A stretch of DNA of 32,824 nt from Octopus bimaculoides (GCF_001194135.2 NC_068991.1:19893005-19925828); one strand, 5' to 3'. Shown: positions 1-12,594, counted from the first letter of the stretch. Numbers and translations are program-made. Notes: generated from the sequence alone by a model not told the origin.

Positions 1-131
1 TGTGTGTGTATGTACGCGTGAGACACACCGAAAGAGAGAGTAAGAGAGAGAAGGAATATTTATTTGTGTGTCTGAGAGAGGCAGAGAGATAGAGAGAGAA
101 AGAGAGAGAAGTTAATGCATGTGTATCTGTC

Positions 132-458
132 TGAAGTGCATGGCTCAGCGGTTAGAGCGTCGGGTTTCACAATCATGACGTAGTGAGTTCGATTCCCGGC
201 GCGCACTGTATGTTGTGTTCTTGAGCAAGACACTTTATGTCACGTTGCTTCAGTTCACTCAGCTGTAGAAATGAGTTGTGGTGTCGCTGGTGCCAATCTG
301 TATCGGTCTTTGCTTTTTCCCTTGGATAACATCGGTGGCGTGGAGAGGGGAGGCCGGTATGCATGGGCGATTGCTGGTCTTCCATAAACAACCTTGCCCG
401 GACTTTCTAGGTGCAATAGTATGATCAATCGTGACCCAATGGGGTCTTTACCCTTTTA
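132..458 (+). mobile_element. tRNA-derived SINE, group B (tail type 1)
   Basis: Pol III A box TGGCTCAGCGGTTAGAGC (141-158) and B box GAGTTCGATTCCC (185-197). The central motif TGTGTTCTTGAGCAAGACACTT...CACTCAGCTG..AAATGAGT is shared with the SINE at 5041-5290. The 3' boundary is approximate. Confidence 0.85.
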
Positions 459-459
459 T

Positions 460-497
<38 letters not shown>

Positions 498-1369
498 ACA
501 CATACACACGTACACACACACACACACATATACATATTGTCGTAAATATGGCATGCCGACTAGTAATAAATTATGTTAATTTATTACCCTCATATTTACA
601 ATAGTAATATTTATAATTCTGGGCTTATATAGGATCCAGTTTTAAATTTCTTTATTTACTGCTGGACTGTATATTTATGTTCACGTATTAAGTTCGAATC
701 CTTAATTGATAAAGATGTAGCTGTCTTACGCAAATGTTTTCAGTACGTATTTGAAACTACANNNNNNNNNNNNNNNNNNNNNNNNNNNNNNNNNNNNNNN
801 NNNNNNNNNNNNNNNNNNNNNNNNNNNNNNNNNNNNNNNNNNNNNNNNNNNNNNNNNNNNNNNNNNNNNNNNNNNNNNNNNNNNNNNNNNNNNNNNNNNN
901 NNNNNNNNNNNNNNNNNNNNNNNNNNNNNNNNNNNNNNNNNNNNNNNNNNNNNNNNNNNNNNNNNNNNNNNNNNNNNNNNNNNNNNNNNNNNNNNNNNNN
1001 NNNNNNNNNNNNNNNNNNNNNNNNNNNNNNNNNNNNNNNNNNNNNNNNNNNNNNNNNNNNNNNNNNNNNNNNNNNNNNNNNNNNNNNNNNNNNNNNNNNN
1101 NNNNNNNNNNNNNNNNNNNNNNNNNNNNNNNNNNNNNNNNNNNNNNNNNNNNNNNNNNNNNNNNNNNNNNNNNNNNNNNNNNNNNNNNNNNNNNNNNNNN
1201 NNNNNNNNNNNNNNNNNNNNNNNNNNNNNNNNNNNNNNNNNNNNNNNNNNNNNNNNNNNNNNNNNNNNNNNNNNNNNNNNNNNNNNNNNNNNNNNNNNNN
1301 NNNNNNNNNNNNNNNNNNNNNNNNNNNNNNNNNNNNNNNNNNNNNNNNNNNNNNNNNNNNNNNNNNNNN

Positions 1370-1675
1370 TGTGAGTGTTTATTGAGCGAAAACACCTAAA
1401 GCTCCACGAGGCTCCGGCAGGGGATGGTGGCGAACCCTGCTGTACTATTCCACCACAACTTTCCCTCACTCTTTCTTCCTGTTTCTGTTTTGCCTGTAAT
1501 TCAAAGCGTCAGCCTTGTCTCACTGTGTCACGCTGAATATCCCCGAGAACTACGTTAAGGGTACACGCGTCTGTGGAGTGCTCAGCCACTTGCACGTTAA
1601 TTTCACGAGCACGCTGTTCCGTTGATCGGATCAACTGGAACCCTCGACGTCGTAAGCGACGGAGTGCCAACAACA
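1370..1675 (+). mobile_element. tRNA-derived SINE, group A; 5' end lost in the N-gap
   Basis: About 94% identical by eye to the full copy at 23993-24380. Ends in GGAGTGCC-AACAACA. Confidence 0.95.
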
Positions 1676-2499
1676 CTATGCATATATACGTACATGTATA
1701 TACATAGCTACATCTACATGTCTATATAGATGCATATCTGGGCACAGGACGTTGCAATATGCATAATTATTCCGCCGTACCACATTATAATTAGTTTTAC
1801 TAACAATGTCGTGCCCCATGCCTTATATAAAGATATTGCCCTGCGAATATCTAAGCCAACTACGGGTGATGTGGATATCTTCCACTTTGGTTTCGCACGA
1901 TTGACGTAGTCCAAAAGTGTCATTGTCTCTTTCCTTAATCAAATGTTTTATACCTATGTTCTGCTCTTGAATAGTAAAATGGTATCCGTCTCGGTGAAAT
2001 GAGGTATATCTGGCACAGGTCTTCGAGAATTTGCCATTCTTGTCATTATTGTTTGCACTCTTTAACCTGCAGGATATGTAACCATGCACAACCGTTTGTT
2101 TATATGGTGAATGTTTCTTCTCCAAGTTCCCCTTTAAATAGGTTAGTACAGCTACGCTTGTGTCATACACATCAACGACTGGGATGTGGTCAACAAACGG
2201 AAAAATGTTCAAATGTAAGGAGTATGTGAACCGAGTATGACTAACAAATTAAAAATGTTACTCGTGACTACATTAGCCCATAATTGTTGTCAGCAATTAC
2301 GTAAGACAATCTGCAAAATAACTGCTGCTTCAACTTACTTTCTTAAGAGCAGATACGATCATTGGTTTCATGTACATGATGTGAAGATATGACATCAGTT
2401 CTGTGTAAAGCTAAAAGCCCGTCAGGCCGTATTAAATGAACGACGTACACGGGAAGATCCATCATGAATATCATCAAAGGCAAACGACCATATTATCAA

Positions 2500-2840
2500 C
2501 AGCATTATCATTATTGTTACTGCGACCATCATTATCACATTCACTATAATGGCTACCTGCACCGTCATCAACATCATCATCGTCATTGTCATCAACATCA
2601 TCTGCGACATCAGTGATATTGTCGATGATATCAAATCACCATTAATTCAAGCACCATCATCATCGCAGCCACCGGTAAAGGCGGAAGCGGTAGGTGGTGG
2701 GGGGAGTTTGTCGGCGGAGGTGGTGACGGCAATGGCAGCAACGACGGTGGTGATGATGGTGGTGGTGGTGTTGGTGTTGGTGGAGTTGTTGTTGTTGATG
2801 TTGTTGTTGGTGGTGGTGGCGGTGGTGGTGGTGGTGATGG
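2500..2840. repeat. Degenerate (ATC)n then (GGT/GTT)n trinucleotide tract
   Basis: Direct inspection. Confidence 0.8.
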
Positions 2841-3348
2841 NNNNNNNNNNNNNNNNNNNNNNNNNNNNNNNNNNNNNNNNNNNNNNNNNNNNNNNNNNNN
2901 NNNNNNNNNNNNNNNNNNNNNNNNNNNNNNNNNNNNNNNNNNNNNNNNNNNNNNNNNNNNNNNNNNNNNNNNNNNNNNNNNNNNNNNNNNNNNNNNNNNN
3001 NNNNNNNNNNNNNNNNNNNNNNNNNNNNNNNNNNNNNNNNNNNNNNNNNNNNNNNNNNNNNNNNNNNNNNNNNNNNNNNNNNNNNNNNNNNNNNNNNNNN
3101 NNNNNNNNNNNNNNNNNNNNNNNNNNNNNNNNNNNNNNNNNNNNNNNNNNNNNNNNNNNNNNNNNNNNNNNNNNNNNNNNNNNNNNNNNNNNNNNNNNNN
3201 NNNNNNNNNNNNNNNNNNNNNNNNNNNNNNNNNNNNNNNNNNNNNNNNNNNNNNNNNNNNNNNNNNNNNNNNNNNNNNNNNNNNNNNNNNNNNNNNNNNN
3301 NNNNNNNNNNNNNNNNNNNNNNNNNNNNNNNNNNNNNNNNNNNNNNNN

Positions 3349-3397
<49 letters not shown>

Positions 3398-3804
3398 TCT
3401 TTCCTCGTGATTCTTGTTTTTGTCGTTACTGGCGCTGTTGTTGTTATTGTTGTCGTCTTTATTGACGGTGTCGTTGTTGTTGTTGTTGTTGTTGGTAATG
3501 GTGGTGTTGTATTGTTTTTGCTGTTGTTGTTATTTGTTATTTCTTGATTTTTTTTGTTTTTGTGTTTTTTGTCCTTTCTTTACTCTTTACATGACAAAAG
3601 TTGTTCTGTAAATGAAACCACTTCATACATCATGCAACTAATAACCTTTCCTCTGCCTTCTCTCCTCGCCATGGTCCGCATCCCCATCACCGCACCTCCC
3701 TCCACCTCTTCCTCCTCCTCCTCCCCTCTCTACACTTTAATCTTTTTTTGCTGTTGTTTTTTTTCTTTCGATCGATCTTTATTTCTTTTTTGCGCTCCAA
3801 CATA

Positions 3805-4153
3805 CATAAACACATGCATGCATAAATAAATACATACATACATACATACATACATACATACATAAAAACGTACATCATACATGCCGATCTACCTACCTAC
3901 ATACATACATATATATACATGCATTTATACAAACATAATACATACATACAAACATGCAAACATACATAAATACATCCATCATCGATGCATACATCTATAT
4001 ATACATACATACCTAATTACCTACGTACCTATATACATATATACATATGTATATACGTACGTACATACATACATATATCCATACATACATAATACAAACA
4101 TGCATACATAAATACTAAATACATGCATCATCTATGCATACATGCATATATAC
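3805..4153. repeat. (TACA)n/(TA)n compound microsatellite
   Basis: Direct inspection. Confidence 0.9.
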
Positions 4154-4955
4154 NNNNNNNNNNNNNNNNNNNNNNNNNNNNNNNNNNNNNNNNNNNNNNN
4201 NNNNNNNNNNNNNNNNNNNNNNNNNNNNNNNNNNNNNNNNNNNNNNNNNNNNNNNNNNNNNNNNNNNNNNNNNNNNNNNNNNNNNNNNNNNNNNNNNNNN
4301 NNNNNNNNNNNNNNNNNNNNNNNNNNNNNNNNNNNNNNNNNNNNNNNNNNNNNNNNNNNNNNNNNNNNNNNNNNNNNNNNNNNNNNNNNNNNNNNNNNNN
4401 NNNNNNNNNNNNNNNNNNNNNNNNNNNNNNNNNNNNNNNNNNNNNNNNNNNNNNNNNNNNNNNNNNNNNNNNNNNNNNNNNNNNNNNNNNNNNNNNNNNN
4501 NNNNNNNNNNNNNNNNNNNNNNNNNNNNNNNNNNNNNNNNNNNNNNNNNNNNNNNNNNNNNNNNNNNNNNNNNNNNNNNNNNNNNNNNNNNNNNNNNNNN
4601 NNNNNNNNNNNNNNNNNNNNNNNNNNNNNNNNNNNNNNNNNNNNNNNNNNNNNNNNNNNNNNNNNNNNNNNNNNNNNNNNNNNNNNNNNNNNNNNNNNNN
4701 NNNNNNNNNNNNNNNNNNNNNNNNNNNNNNNNNNNNNNNNNNNNNNNNNNNNNNNNNNNNNNNNNNNNNNNNNNNNNNNNNNNNNNNNNNNNNNNNNNNN
4801 NNNNNNNNNNNNNNNNNNNNNNNNNNNNNNNNNNNNNNNNNNNNNNNNNNNNNNNNNNNNNNNNNNNNNNNNNNNNNNNNNNNNNNNNNNNNNNNNNNNN
4901 NNNNNNNNNNNNNNNNNNNNNNNNNNNNNNNNNNNNNNNNNNNNNNNNNNNNNNN

Positions 4956-5039
4956 CAATGAACACTCGGTCTAGGACTCGAAACCGCGATTCTACGACCG
5001 TGCGTCCGCCGCCATAACCACTTGGCCATTGCGCCCCCA
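4956..5039 (-). mobile_element. SINE group A, tRNA head only (body runs into the gap)
   Basis: The reverse complement GGGGGCGCAATGGCCAAGTGGTTATGGCGGCGGACGCACGGTCGTAGAATCGCGGTTTCGAGTCCTAGACCG matches the head of 23993-24380. Confidence 0.85.
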
Positions 5040-5040
5040 A

Positions 5041-5290
5041 ATGCGCCCTTTTAAATCCTAACCAAGCTCATGGGCCCGGTTTCCCGGTTTCAATGGCGTA
5101 TGTGTTCCCCAGCTGGACGGGACGCCAGTCCATCGAAGCGTTACTCATTTTTGCCAGCTGAGTGGACTGGAGCAACGTGGAATGTAGTATTTTGCTCAAG
5201 AACACAATGCGTCGCCCAGTCGAGGAATCGAAACCACAATCTTACAATCATGATACTGTCACCATAACCACTAAGCCACGCCCCTCCACA
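5041..5290 (-). mobile_element. tRNA-derived SINE, group B (tail type 2)
   Basis: Minus strand reads TGTGGAGGGGCGTGGCTTAGTGGTTA (A box), GGTTTCGATTCC (B box), central TTGTGTTCTTGAGCAAAATACT...CACTCAGCTGGCAAAAATGAGT, then GATGGACTGGCGTCCCGTCCAG. Confidence 0.85.
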
Positions 5291-5654
5291 GAGTCAAACA
5301 TATTATACTATAAATACACGTTTATATGTCTGCTGCCTAGCTCTACAAAACGTTTTTCCGTCTCTTTTATCTTTACTCTGACAATCAGCCGTAAGTGATT
5401 TACCCCGGTTTATAACCCAAGTGGTTAAAGACACTCTGTTACTGGTATTATCATCGTTCTAAATTTTGTGTTGTACCTACTTAGTTTGATGCTAGGTTTT
5501 TTTTTTGGGGGGGGGGGTTGTTCTTTACTCCAACTATATTGTGTGGCATGCGAAGTGGTTGATAACGGCGGCAAAAGTGTTTATATTTCGAGCGTTCAGC
5601 ATCTGTCACTGTCTTTATTGCAGATCACTGATGAAGTGCGTACAGGCATGCAAC

Positions 5655-7028
5655 ATTTTTTTTCTACAAATTATATATAAATATTACGGCGTTTTCCAAT
5701 CGACAAAAAATGTGGAATTACAATGGGAACCCGAACTGCCCCAATGATTGCGAATCTTGTAATGGGTTACCTAGAACGTAAATTATACCAATCATCACTA
5801 CAACAATATGGCATCTCATTTCATTGCTATTTAAAAGGGAACTGGAAGAGGTATTTAGATGATTGCTTTATACTTTGGAAAGATAGCATGGACAAACTCC
5901 TCGATTTCAAAATAATGCTCAACACTATCAATAGCAACATGCAGTTCACCATGGAACACAGCAATAAGCAACTCCTTTTTCTTGACATCCTAATTGAAAT
6001 AGTCAATAACCACATCGAAAAAGATATCTTCTATAAACCCACAGATTCAAAACAATACCTATTATTCAACTCATTCCACCCCAAACACATAAAAATTAAT
6101 ATACCTTATAATCTAGCGAAAAGAATCTGTACCATAGTTTCGGACTCCTATACTTGTGAACGAAGACTCCTTCAACTCACATCAATACTAATCAGGAGAC
6201 ATTACTCAACATCATTGATAAATGATGGGATTAAACGAGCAAAGGAAATAGATATACGAACATTAAGGGAAGTCAACCGAAATACTAAACCAGACTTAAA
6301 AATACTCCCATAAATCTCCACACATAACCCTTGAAACAATGAAGCCTTCAATATTATCATCCAAAATCCATCCATTCTCACAGGAGATAAAGTAATGAAC
6401 AAAATTTTCCGCTCACACAAAATTACCAAGAGTAAAATGCCACCGAAATCATTGAAGAAAATATTAACCAACTCAAGACTATATCCGTTAACAACGGAGC
6501 TAAAAGTGAAAGAATGTGGTCAGCTTAACTGTGGCACATTCCCCCACCTTTTGGAGGGTACAGAGTTACACTTTAAACGAGGTGAAATGTTTTAGATTAA
6601 ATCAAATTTCCCTTGTGCATCAGAAAACCTAGTATGTGACATTACCTGCTTAGGGTGTGGTTATCAATATATTGGCCAAACAGGAATATCACTCCGTCGA
6701 AAAACCACTCTTCACAAAGAACAAATCCGCCACACCCAATACAGACAGATATAGGTCAGTGGACACAGAGAAAGGTGTACTAGGAACCTTAAGTCTAACT
6801 TCTTAATTTTCCCCTTCTTTCAATGTTCACAGAACACTTCAGTACAGCAAAGAATAAACAAAGAAGCAACTTTCATTAATAAATTTCATCCAAAACTTAA
6901 CATGAACACAAAACATAATAAAAAAACACTACTAACCTTATCAATAATACCACTAACCTCTATGCATCCCATACACCATTCATATTACAGTATTATATCT
7001 GCCCTAACTGCACTACATCCAGAACTAC
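5655..7028 (+). mobile_element. Decayed 5'-truncated Penelope-like retroelement (RT, Cys linker, GIY-YIG endonuclease), Neptune-like
   Basis: RT motifs RQK-CGITMGTRTAPMIANL, WKRYLDDCFILW, LLFLDILI and YKPTDSKQYLLFNSFHPKHIKINIPYNLAKRI are typical of PLE RT/thumb. Linker ECGQLNCGT (about 6510-6540). GIY-YIG region NLVCDITCLGCGYQYIGQTG (about 6626-6685). C-terminus INKFHPKLN. Several stops and frameshifts. The 3' UTR runs into a 10-N gap. Confidence 0.93.
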
Positions 7029-7038
7029 NNNNNNNNNN

Positions 7039-7071
<33 letters not shown>

Positions 7072-7559
7072 GTTTTGATTCACCCTAACATATGTACTCA
7101 AGCAAGCACTATCAAACACACATACATACAACACATATCACACAACACACATCTGTACACCTTCCCTCCCTCGACACTCTAACCGACTTCACCCCCACAC
7201 ATCTATTACCAAGAACCCTAAGTGGACATTTCGTTTCAGTAGTTTGTCGGTAAGAGATCGTATTATTTCAAACGCCAAAGTCTGAAACTTGAGACAACGT
7301 CTGGCACTGAAGACATTTTCAGAGAAATGTTAAAAGGTTATCTCAGGAAAACCGCATGACAAGAGGACATGGAGGTCTACTTCATTTTGTTAATGTTGTT
7401 GTTGTTATTATCATTATTATTATTGTTCGTGGTGGTGTTATTGATCTAGTTAGTGTTGATTTTGTTATAATTTACGAAATAAATGACTTTTTATTTCAGT
7501 TATATGTGTATTATATATCTATCTTTCTACCTTTCGCCCTGTCTATTCTCTCTAACTTT

Positions 7560-8240
7560 CTCTCTATGTGTGTTTATATGTATGTGCGTGTGCGTGCGCG
7601 TGTGTGTGTCTATATATATAAGTATATATATACAGTACGAATGTATAAATGCACATATACATATATGTATAAAGATATATATACATGCACAATATATCTA
7701 AAAATGTGTGTGTGTATACAAACATACATATACACGGATATATTTATTTATTTATATATATATATCGTATATATAAATATGTAAATGTATATGTATATAA
7801 TCAGATAGCGAGAGATAGATACGGATGTATATACATGTGTATATACATGTGTATACATACATACACACATACATACATACATACATACATATATACATAC
7901 ATACATAGATATATACATACATGCATGCACACATACATACGTATGTATAATGAAGAGTGTCAGCTTACATTTGAGATGTCTGTGTATATATATGTATATG
8001 GGTGTGTGAAAAAGAGAGAGAGAGAGAGAGAGAGATGGAACGAGCGAGCGAGAGAGAGAGAGGGGTCAGGAAGGAAGAAAGACGGAAAGAAAGTCCAGCA
8101 GTATTGTCTGTCAATGTGCTTGGAGTCTTTAAAAAGATATATTAAACAGGTTTTATACACATACATATAGATAAATACACACCGGTCTCATTACATACAT
8201 ATACATACATCAATATATATATATATATATTTCAACACAC
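7560..8240. repeat. TA/TG/TACA/GA compound microsatellite region
   Basis: Direct inspection. Confidence 0.85.
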
Positions 8241-8522
8241 ATACGAGCGAGCTTCCAAATGTCCTGACTGCATTTTGTAAACAAGTCAGCTGTGTGGCAA
8301 CCCGTGTTCAAAGTACCCTTACAGCCATCTCCTTCAATGTGGAATAACAAAGTTAGCAGGTCAGCTTATTGGATGTTGAGTAGTGATATAGTAAAATTGC
8401 AATAAGCTAGCACAATTATAAATGTTTCTACTACAAAAAGTCTCGAAACCTCTGGAATGGCCCTCGTGTGTGTGTGAGTAAATATAAATACCTAGTTGTA
8501 CACACATACATACATACATACA

Positions 8523-8911
8523 TTGTTTGTTGGCATTCCGTCGCTTACGACGTCGAGGGTTCCAGTTGATCCGATCAACGGAACAGCCTGCCATGAAATT
8601 AACGTGCAAGTGGCTGAGCACTCCACAGACACGTGTACCCTTAACGTAGTTCTCGGGGATATTCAGTGTGACACAGAATGTGACAAGGCTGACCCTTTGA
8701 ATTACAGGTACAACGGAAACAGGAAGTAAGAGTGAGAGAAAGTTGTGGTGAAAGAGTACAGCAGGGTTTGCCACCATCCCCTGCAGGAGCCTTGTGGAAC
8801 TTTAGGTGTTTTCGCTCAATAATCACTCACAACGCCCGGTCTGGGAATCGAAACCGCGATCCTATGACCGCGAGTCCGCTGCCCTAACCACTGGGCCATT
8901 GCACCTCCACA
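8523..8911 (-). mobile_element. tRNA-derived SINE, group A, full length
   Basis: Reverse complement aligns end to end with 23993-24380, including A/B boxes and the (AAC)-type tail. Confidence 0.95.
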
Positions 8912-8955
8912 CATACATACATACATACATACATACATACATACATACATGCATG

Positions 8956-9003
<48 letters not shown>

Positions 9004-10486
9004 TACACATTATCCATTCAGTAGTTGATATCGTCATAATGTTGGTATCGACTACAACCTTGAAGTTCTGAACTTTAAAAAATATGGGCAATAAAAGTCC
9101 GCCAGAGTTTATTGCTTACGTCGCCGTGTAAGATAACTAACGTTTTTGCTGGTGGACTACTTTCGGCCGCGTAACGTTAAAACCCGGCATCCACACATCT
9201 AGTGACCGGGATATTAAACAAAGGCTGTGGCCAGGTCTTAACCACAAACCACATCTACGCAATCATTTTTTTTGCCGTGCATCGACCGGCCATCTTCTCG
9301 CCTTCCTTCCTGCCTTCTCCCTAACCTCCCTTCGTCCACTAACACCATCATTACCACCCCGCCGCCACCACCACCGCCATCATTGATGACTGGGTCATTA
9401 ACCCGAGTAGTGATAAACAGAAATAATGGTTACGAGTCAGTATTCTGTCGTCGTTTTTGTTTTGTTTGTTTTTTGTTTTCTATCATTATCATATTCTCCG
9501 TGTCCGTTCGTTTAACCGTCTTGCATGTTACAGTATCATGAAATATGAATTTCAATATGGCGGCTAGCGGTAATGCTCTGGCAGTAGTGGCTGGTGGTAG
9601 CTTTGTGATGGCGTTTGTTGTGTAATTGTGGCTATTGTGTGTGAGTCGTTGCCGTTGAATTATTGTTGTGATTGGNNNNNNNNNNNNNNNNNNNNNNNNN
9701 NNNNNNNNNNNNNNNNNNNNNNNNNNNNNNNNNNNNNNNNNNNNNNNNNNNNNNNNNNNNNNNNNNNNNNNNNNNNNNNNNNNNNNNNNNNNNNNNNNNN
9801 NNNNNNNNNNNNNNNNNNNNNNNNNNNNNNNNNNNNNNNNNNNNNNNNNNNNNNNNNNNNNNNNNNNNNNNNNNNNNNNNNNNNNNNNNNNNNNNNNNNN
9901 NNNNNNNNNNNNNNNNNNNNNNNNNNNNNNNNNNNNNNNNNNNNNNNNNNNNNNNNNNNNNNNNNNNNNNNNNNNNNNNNNNNNNNNNNNNNNNNNNNNN
10001 NNNNNNNNNNNNNNNNNNNNNNNNNNNNNNNNNNNNNNNNNNNNNNNNNNNNNNNNNNNNNNNNNNNNNNNNNNNNNNNNNNNNNNNNNNNNNNNNNNNN
10101 NNNNNNNNNNNNNNNNNNNNNNNNNNNNNNNNNNNNNNNNNNNNNNNNNNNNNNNNNNNNNNNNNNNNNNNNNNNNNNNNNNNNNNNNNNNNNNNNNNNN
10201 NNNNNNNNNNNNNNNNNNNNNNNNNNNNNNNNNNNNNNNNNNNNNNNNNNNNNNNNNNNNNNNNNNNNNNNNNNNNNNNNNNNNNNNNNNNNNNNNNNNN
10301 NNNNNNNNNNNNNNNNNNNNNNNNNNNNNNNNNNNNNNNNNNNNNNNNNNNNNNNNNNNNNNNNNNNNNNNNNNNNNNNNNNNNNNNNNNNNNNNNNNNN
10401 NNNNNNNNNNNNNNNNNNNNNNNNNNNNNNNNNNNNNNNNNNNNNNNNNNNNNNNNNNNNNNNNNNNNNNNNNNNNNNNNNNNNNN

Positions 10487-10547
<61 letters not shown>

Positions 10548-10763
10548 AAACTAATTTGTAGATAGAGAAAATAAAACTAAATAGACAGATAGAAGATAGA
10601 CCAAAACAGAGACTATTTTCTTCAAATATATACTCCTTTACTATCTTCAGTCATTCGACTGTATGTATGTATGCATGCATATATATATATGCGTGTATAT
10701 ATGTTTATATGCATGTATGTATATGTGTGTGTACGTGTGTGTGTATGTATGAATGCATGTATG

Positions 10764-10834
<71 letters not shown>

Positions 10835-11638
10835 ACAGAACGGTTCTACCAAAACTTTGGCATTAGTCGTCCATATTGCTCGTGTTGGTTGAGTAACTCT
10901 TCATTTATTCGACGGTTCTACTCCACATAGTCTTCATGACAAGTGATATGTTTGTGCCCTCGTTGAACCTAATTACCAAATTCTCTTTGAAAAATCTTCA
11001 GGTGTGCATGATTATACTCACTTCTTGACACCTACTTTCACCTGTTAGTGCCATCAAATAGTTGTCCACGTAAACTGCTCTGCACAAAGTGTTTAGGAAT
11101 TTGATCGTCTGCTAATTGCTACCGAAAATATGCTAGAAATTTGATGGAGATTATCCTGCTATTTCTAACAATTCAGCTAGCCATGTAAAGAACCCTTAAT
11201 TGGAGTCTGTCAAGTTCAGGTCTTGTTTTGTATAGCCCCGGGTCAGCCCTGACAGAGCAGATATGGGATCAAAATACCTCCACTCCTTCACTATGCATTT
11301 CATTCTATTATAAATTGCTCTTCATTTAAGACGATAACATGTCATTAGAAGCACCTAACGGTTTCCGCATTCGCCTACTACTCAATCGTGCAGTTTGTCT
11401 TAGAGACGAGACACTTTGATTCAGCAAAGATATTTAAACAACCATATCCTCACGCTTGAGCTTCAAAGCATCAAACATTAGGTAAGCTGGTCAGGATTAA
11501 ATAAGAATTGTATGTCTTACTGGGCAATGTTACAGATACAAATATCATAATAAGAGCGAACGATCTACAAATCTCTTTAATAATAACAATTACAATAATA
11601 ATAATAATAATAATAATGATAATAATATTAATAATAAT

Positions 11639-11985
11639 AGGCCAGACATCATACTGAAAGACTTCAGACAAAAATCATGCCTCCTCATTGATATGACTGT
11701 CCCAATTGATATAAACGTATCTGTCAAGACCTACCAAAAACTGAGCAAATATAAAGATCTTGAAATAGAAATTAGCAAAATGTGGAATCTGAAGACGAAA
11801 ACAATACCTATTGTCATAGGTGCCCTGGGAATGACAGCGAAACGGGCTGATTACTACCTAGCTCAGATACCAGGAAACCCCAAAATGGCTGAAGTCCAAA
11901 AGATAGTGCTCATGGGAACTGCCCATATCCTACGTAAAATACTGTCTATGTGATCTCAAATTTTAAAGCAAACATAATTTTCTTA
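11639..11985 (+). mobile_element. 3' end of an R4/Dong-type (RLE) non-LTR retrotransposon, copy 1
   Basis: Translates RPDIILKDFRQKSCLLIDMTVPIDINVSVKTYQKLSKYKDLEIEISKMWNLKTKTIPIVIGALG...MGTAHILRKILSM* (stop at 11953), which carries the RLE signature RPD...D....K..KY. The 5' end fuses directly to an (AAT)n tract. Confidence 0.9.
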
Positions 11986-12594
11986 NNNNNNNNNNNNNNN
12001 NNNNNNNNNNNNNNNNNNNNNNNNNNNNNNNNNNNNNNNNNNNNNNNNNNNNNNNNNNNNNNNNNNNNNNNNNNNNNNNNNNNNNNNNNNNNNNNNNNNN
12101 NNNNNNNNNNNNNNNNNNNNNNNNNNNNNNNNNNNNNNNNNNNNNNNNNNNNNNNNNNNNNNNNNNNNNNNNNNNNNNNNNNNNNNNNNNNNNNNNNNNN
12201 NNNNNNNNNNNNNNNNNNNNNNNNNNNNNNNNNNNNNNNNNNNNNNNNNNNNNNNNNNNNNNNNNNNNNNNNNNNNNNNNNNNNNNNNNNNNNNNNNNNN
12301 NNNNNNNNNNNNNNNNNNNNNNNNNNNNNNNNNNNNNNNNNNNNNNNNNNNNNNNNNNNNNNNNNNNNNNNNNNNNNNNNNNNNNNNNNNNNNNNNNNNN
12401 NNNNNNNNNNNNNNNNNNNNNNNNNNNNNNNNNNNNNNNNNNNNNNNNNNNNNNNNNNNNNNNNNNNNNNNNNNNNNNNNNNNNNNNNNNNNNNNNNNNN
12501 NNNNNNNNNNNNNNNNNNNNNNNNNNNNNNNNNNNNNNNNNNNNNNNNNNNNNNNNNNNNNNNNNNNNNNNNNNNNNNNNNNNNNNNNNNNNNN

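Noticed and set aside
1999-2229. Cys/His-rich plus-strand ORF (CHSCHYCLHSLTC) and nearby GKMFKCKEY suggesting SWIM or C2H2 zinc fingers
   Set aside because: Ligand spacing does not complete either motif and the pieces are in different frames.
5497-5518. T10-G11 run, echoed by T-run/N17/G-run at 23612-23651
   Set aside because: Only two instances, one spanning a gap. Likely homopolymer or assembly noise.
9145-9200. Minus-strand GCCG...CGGCCGAAAGTAGTCCAC with GTGGA upstream
   Set aside because: CUGANGA core is absent.
11020-11110. Minus-strand YVDN (11061-11072; LCRAVYVDNYLMAL) resembling a BEL/Pao RT motif; another frame gives an RTE-like LADDQIPKHF
   Set aside because: Flanking RT motifs could not be recovered and two incompatible readings fit equally weakly. 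BLASTX would be needed.
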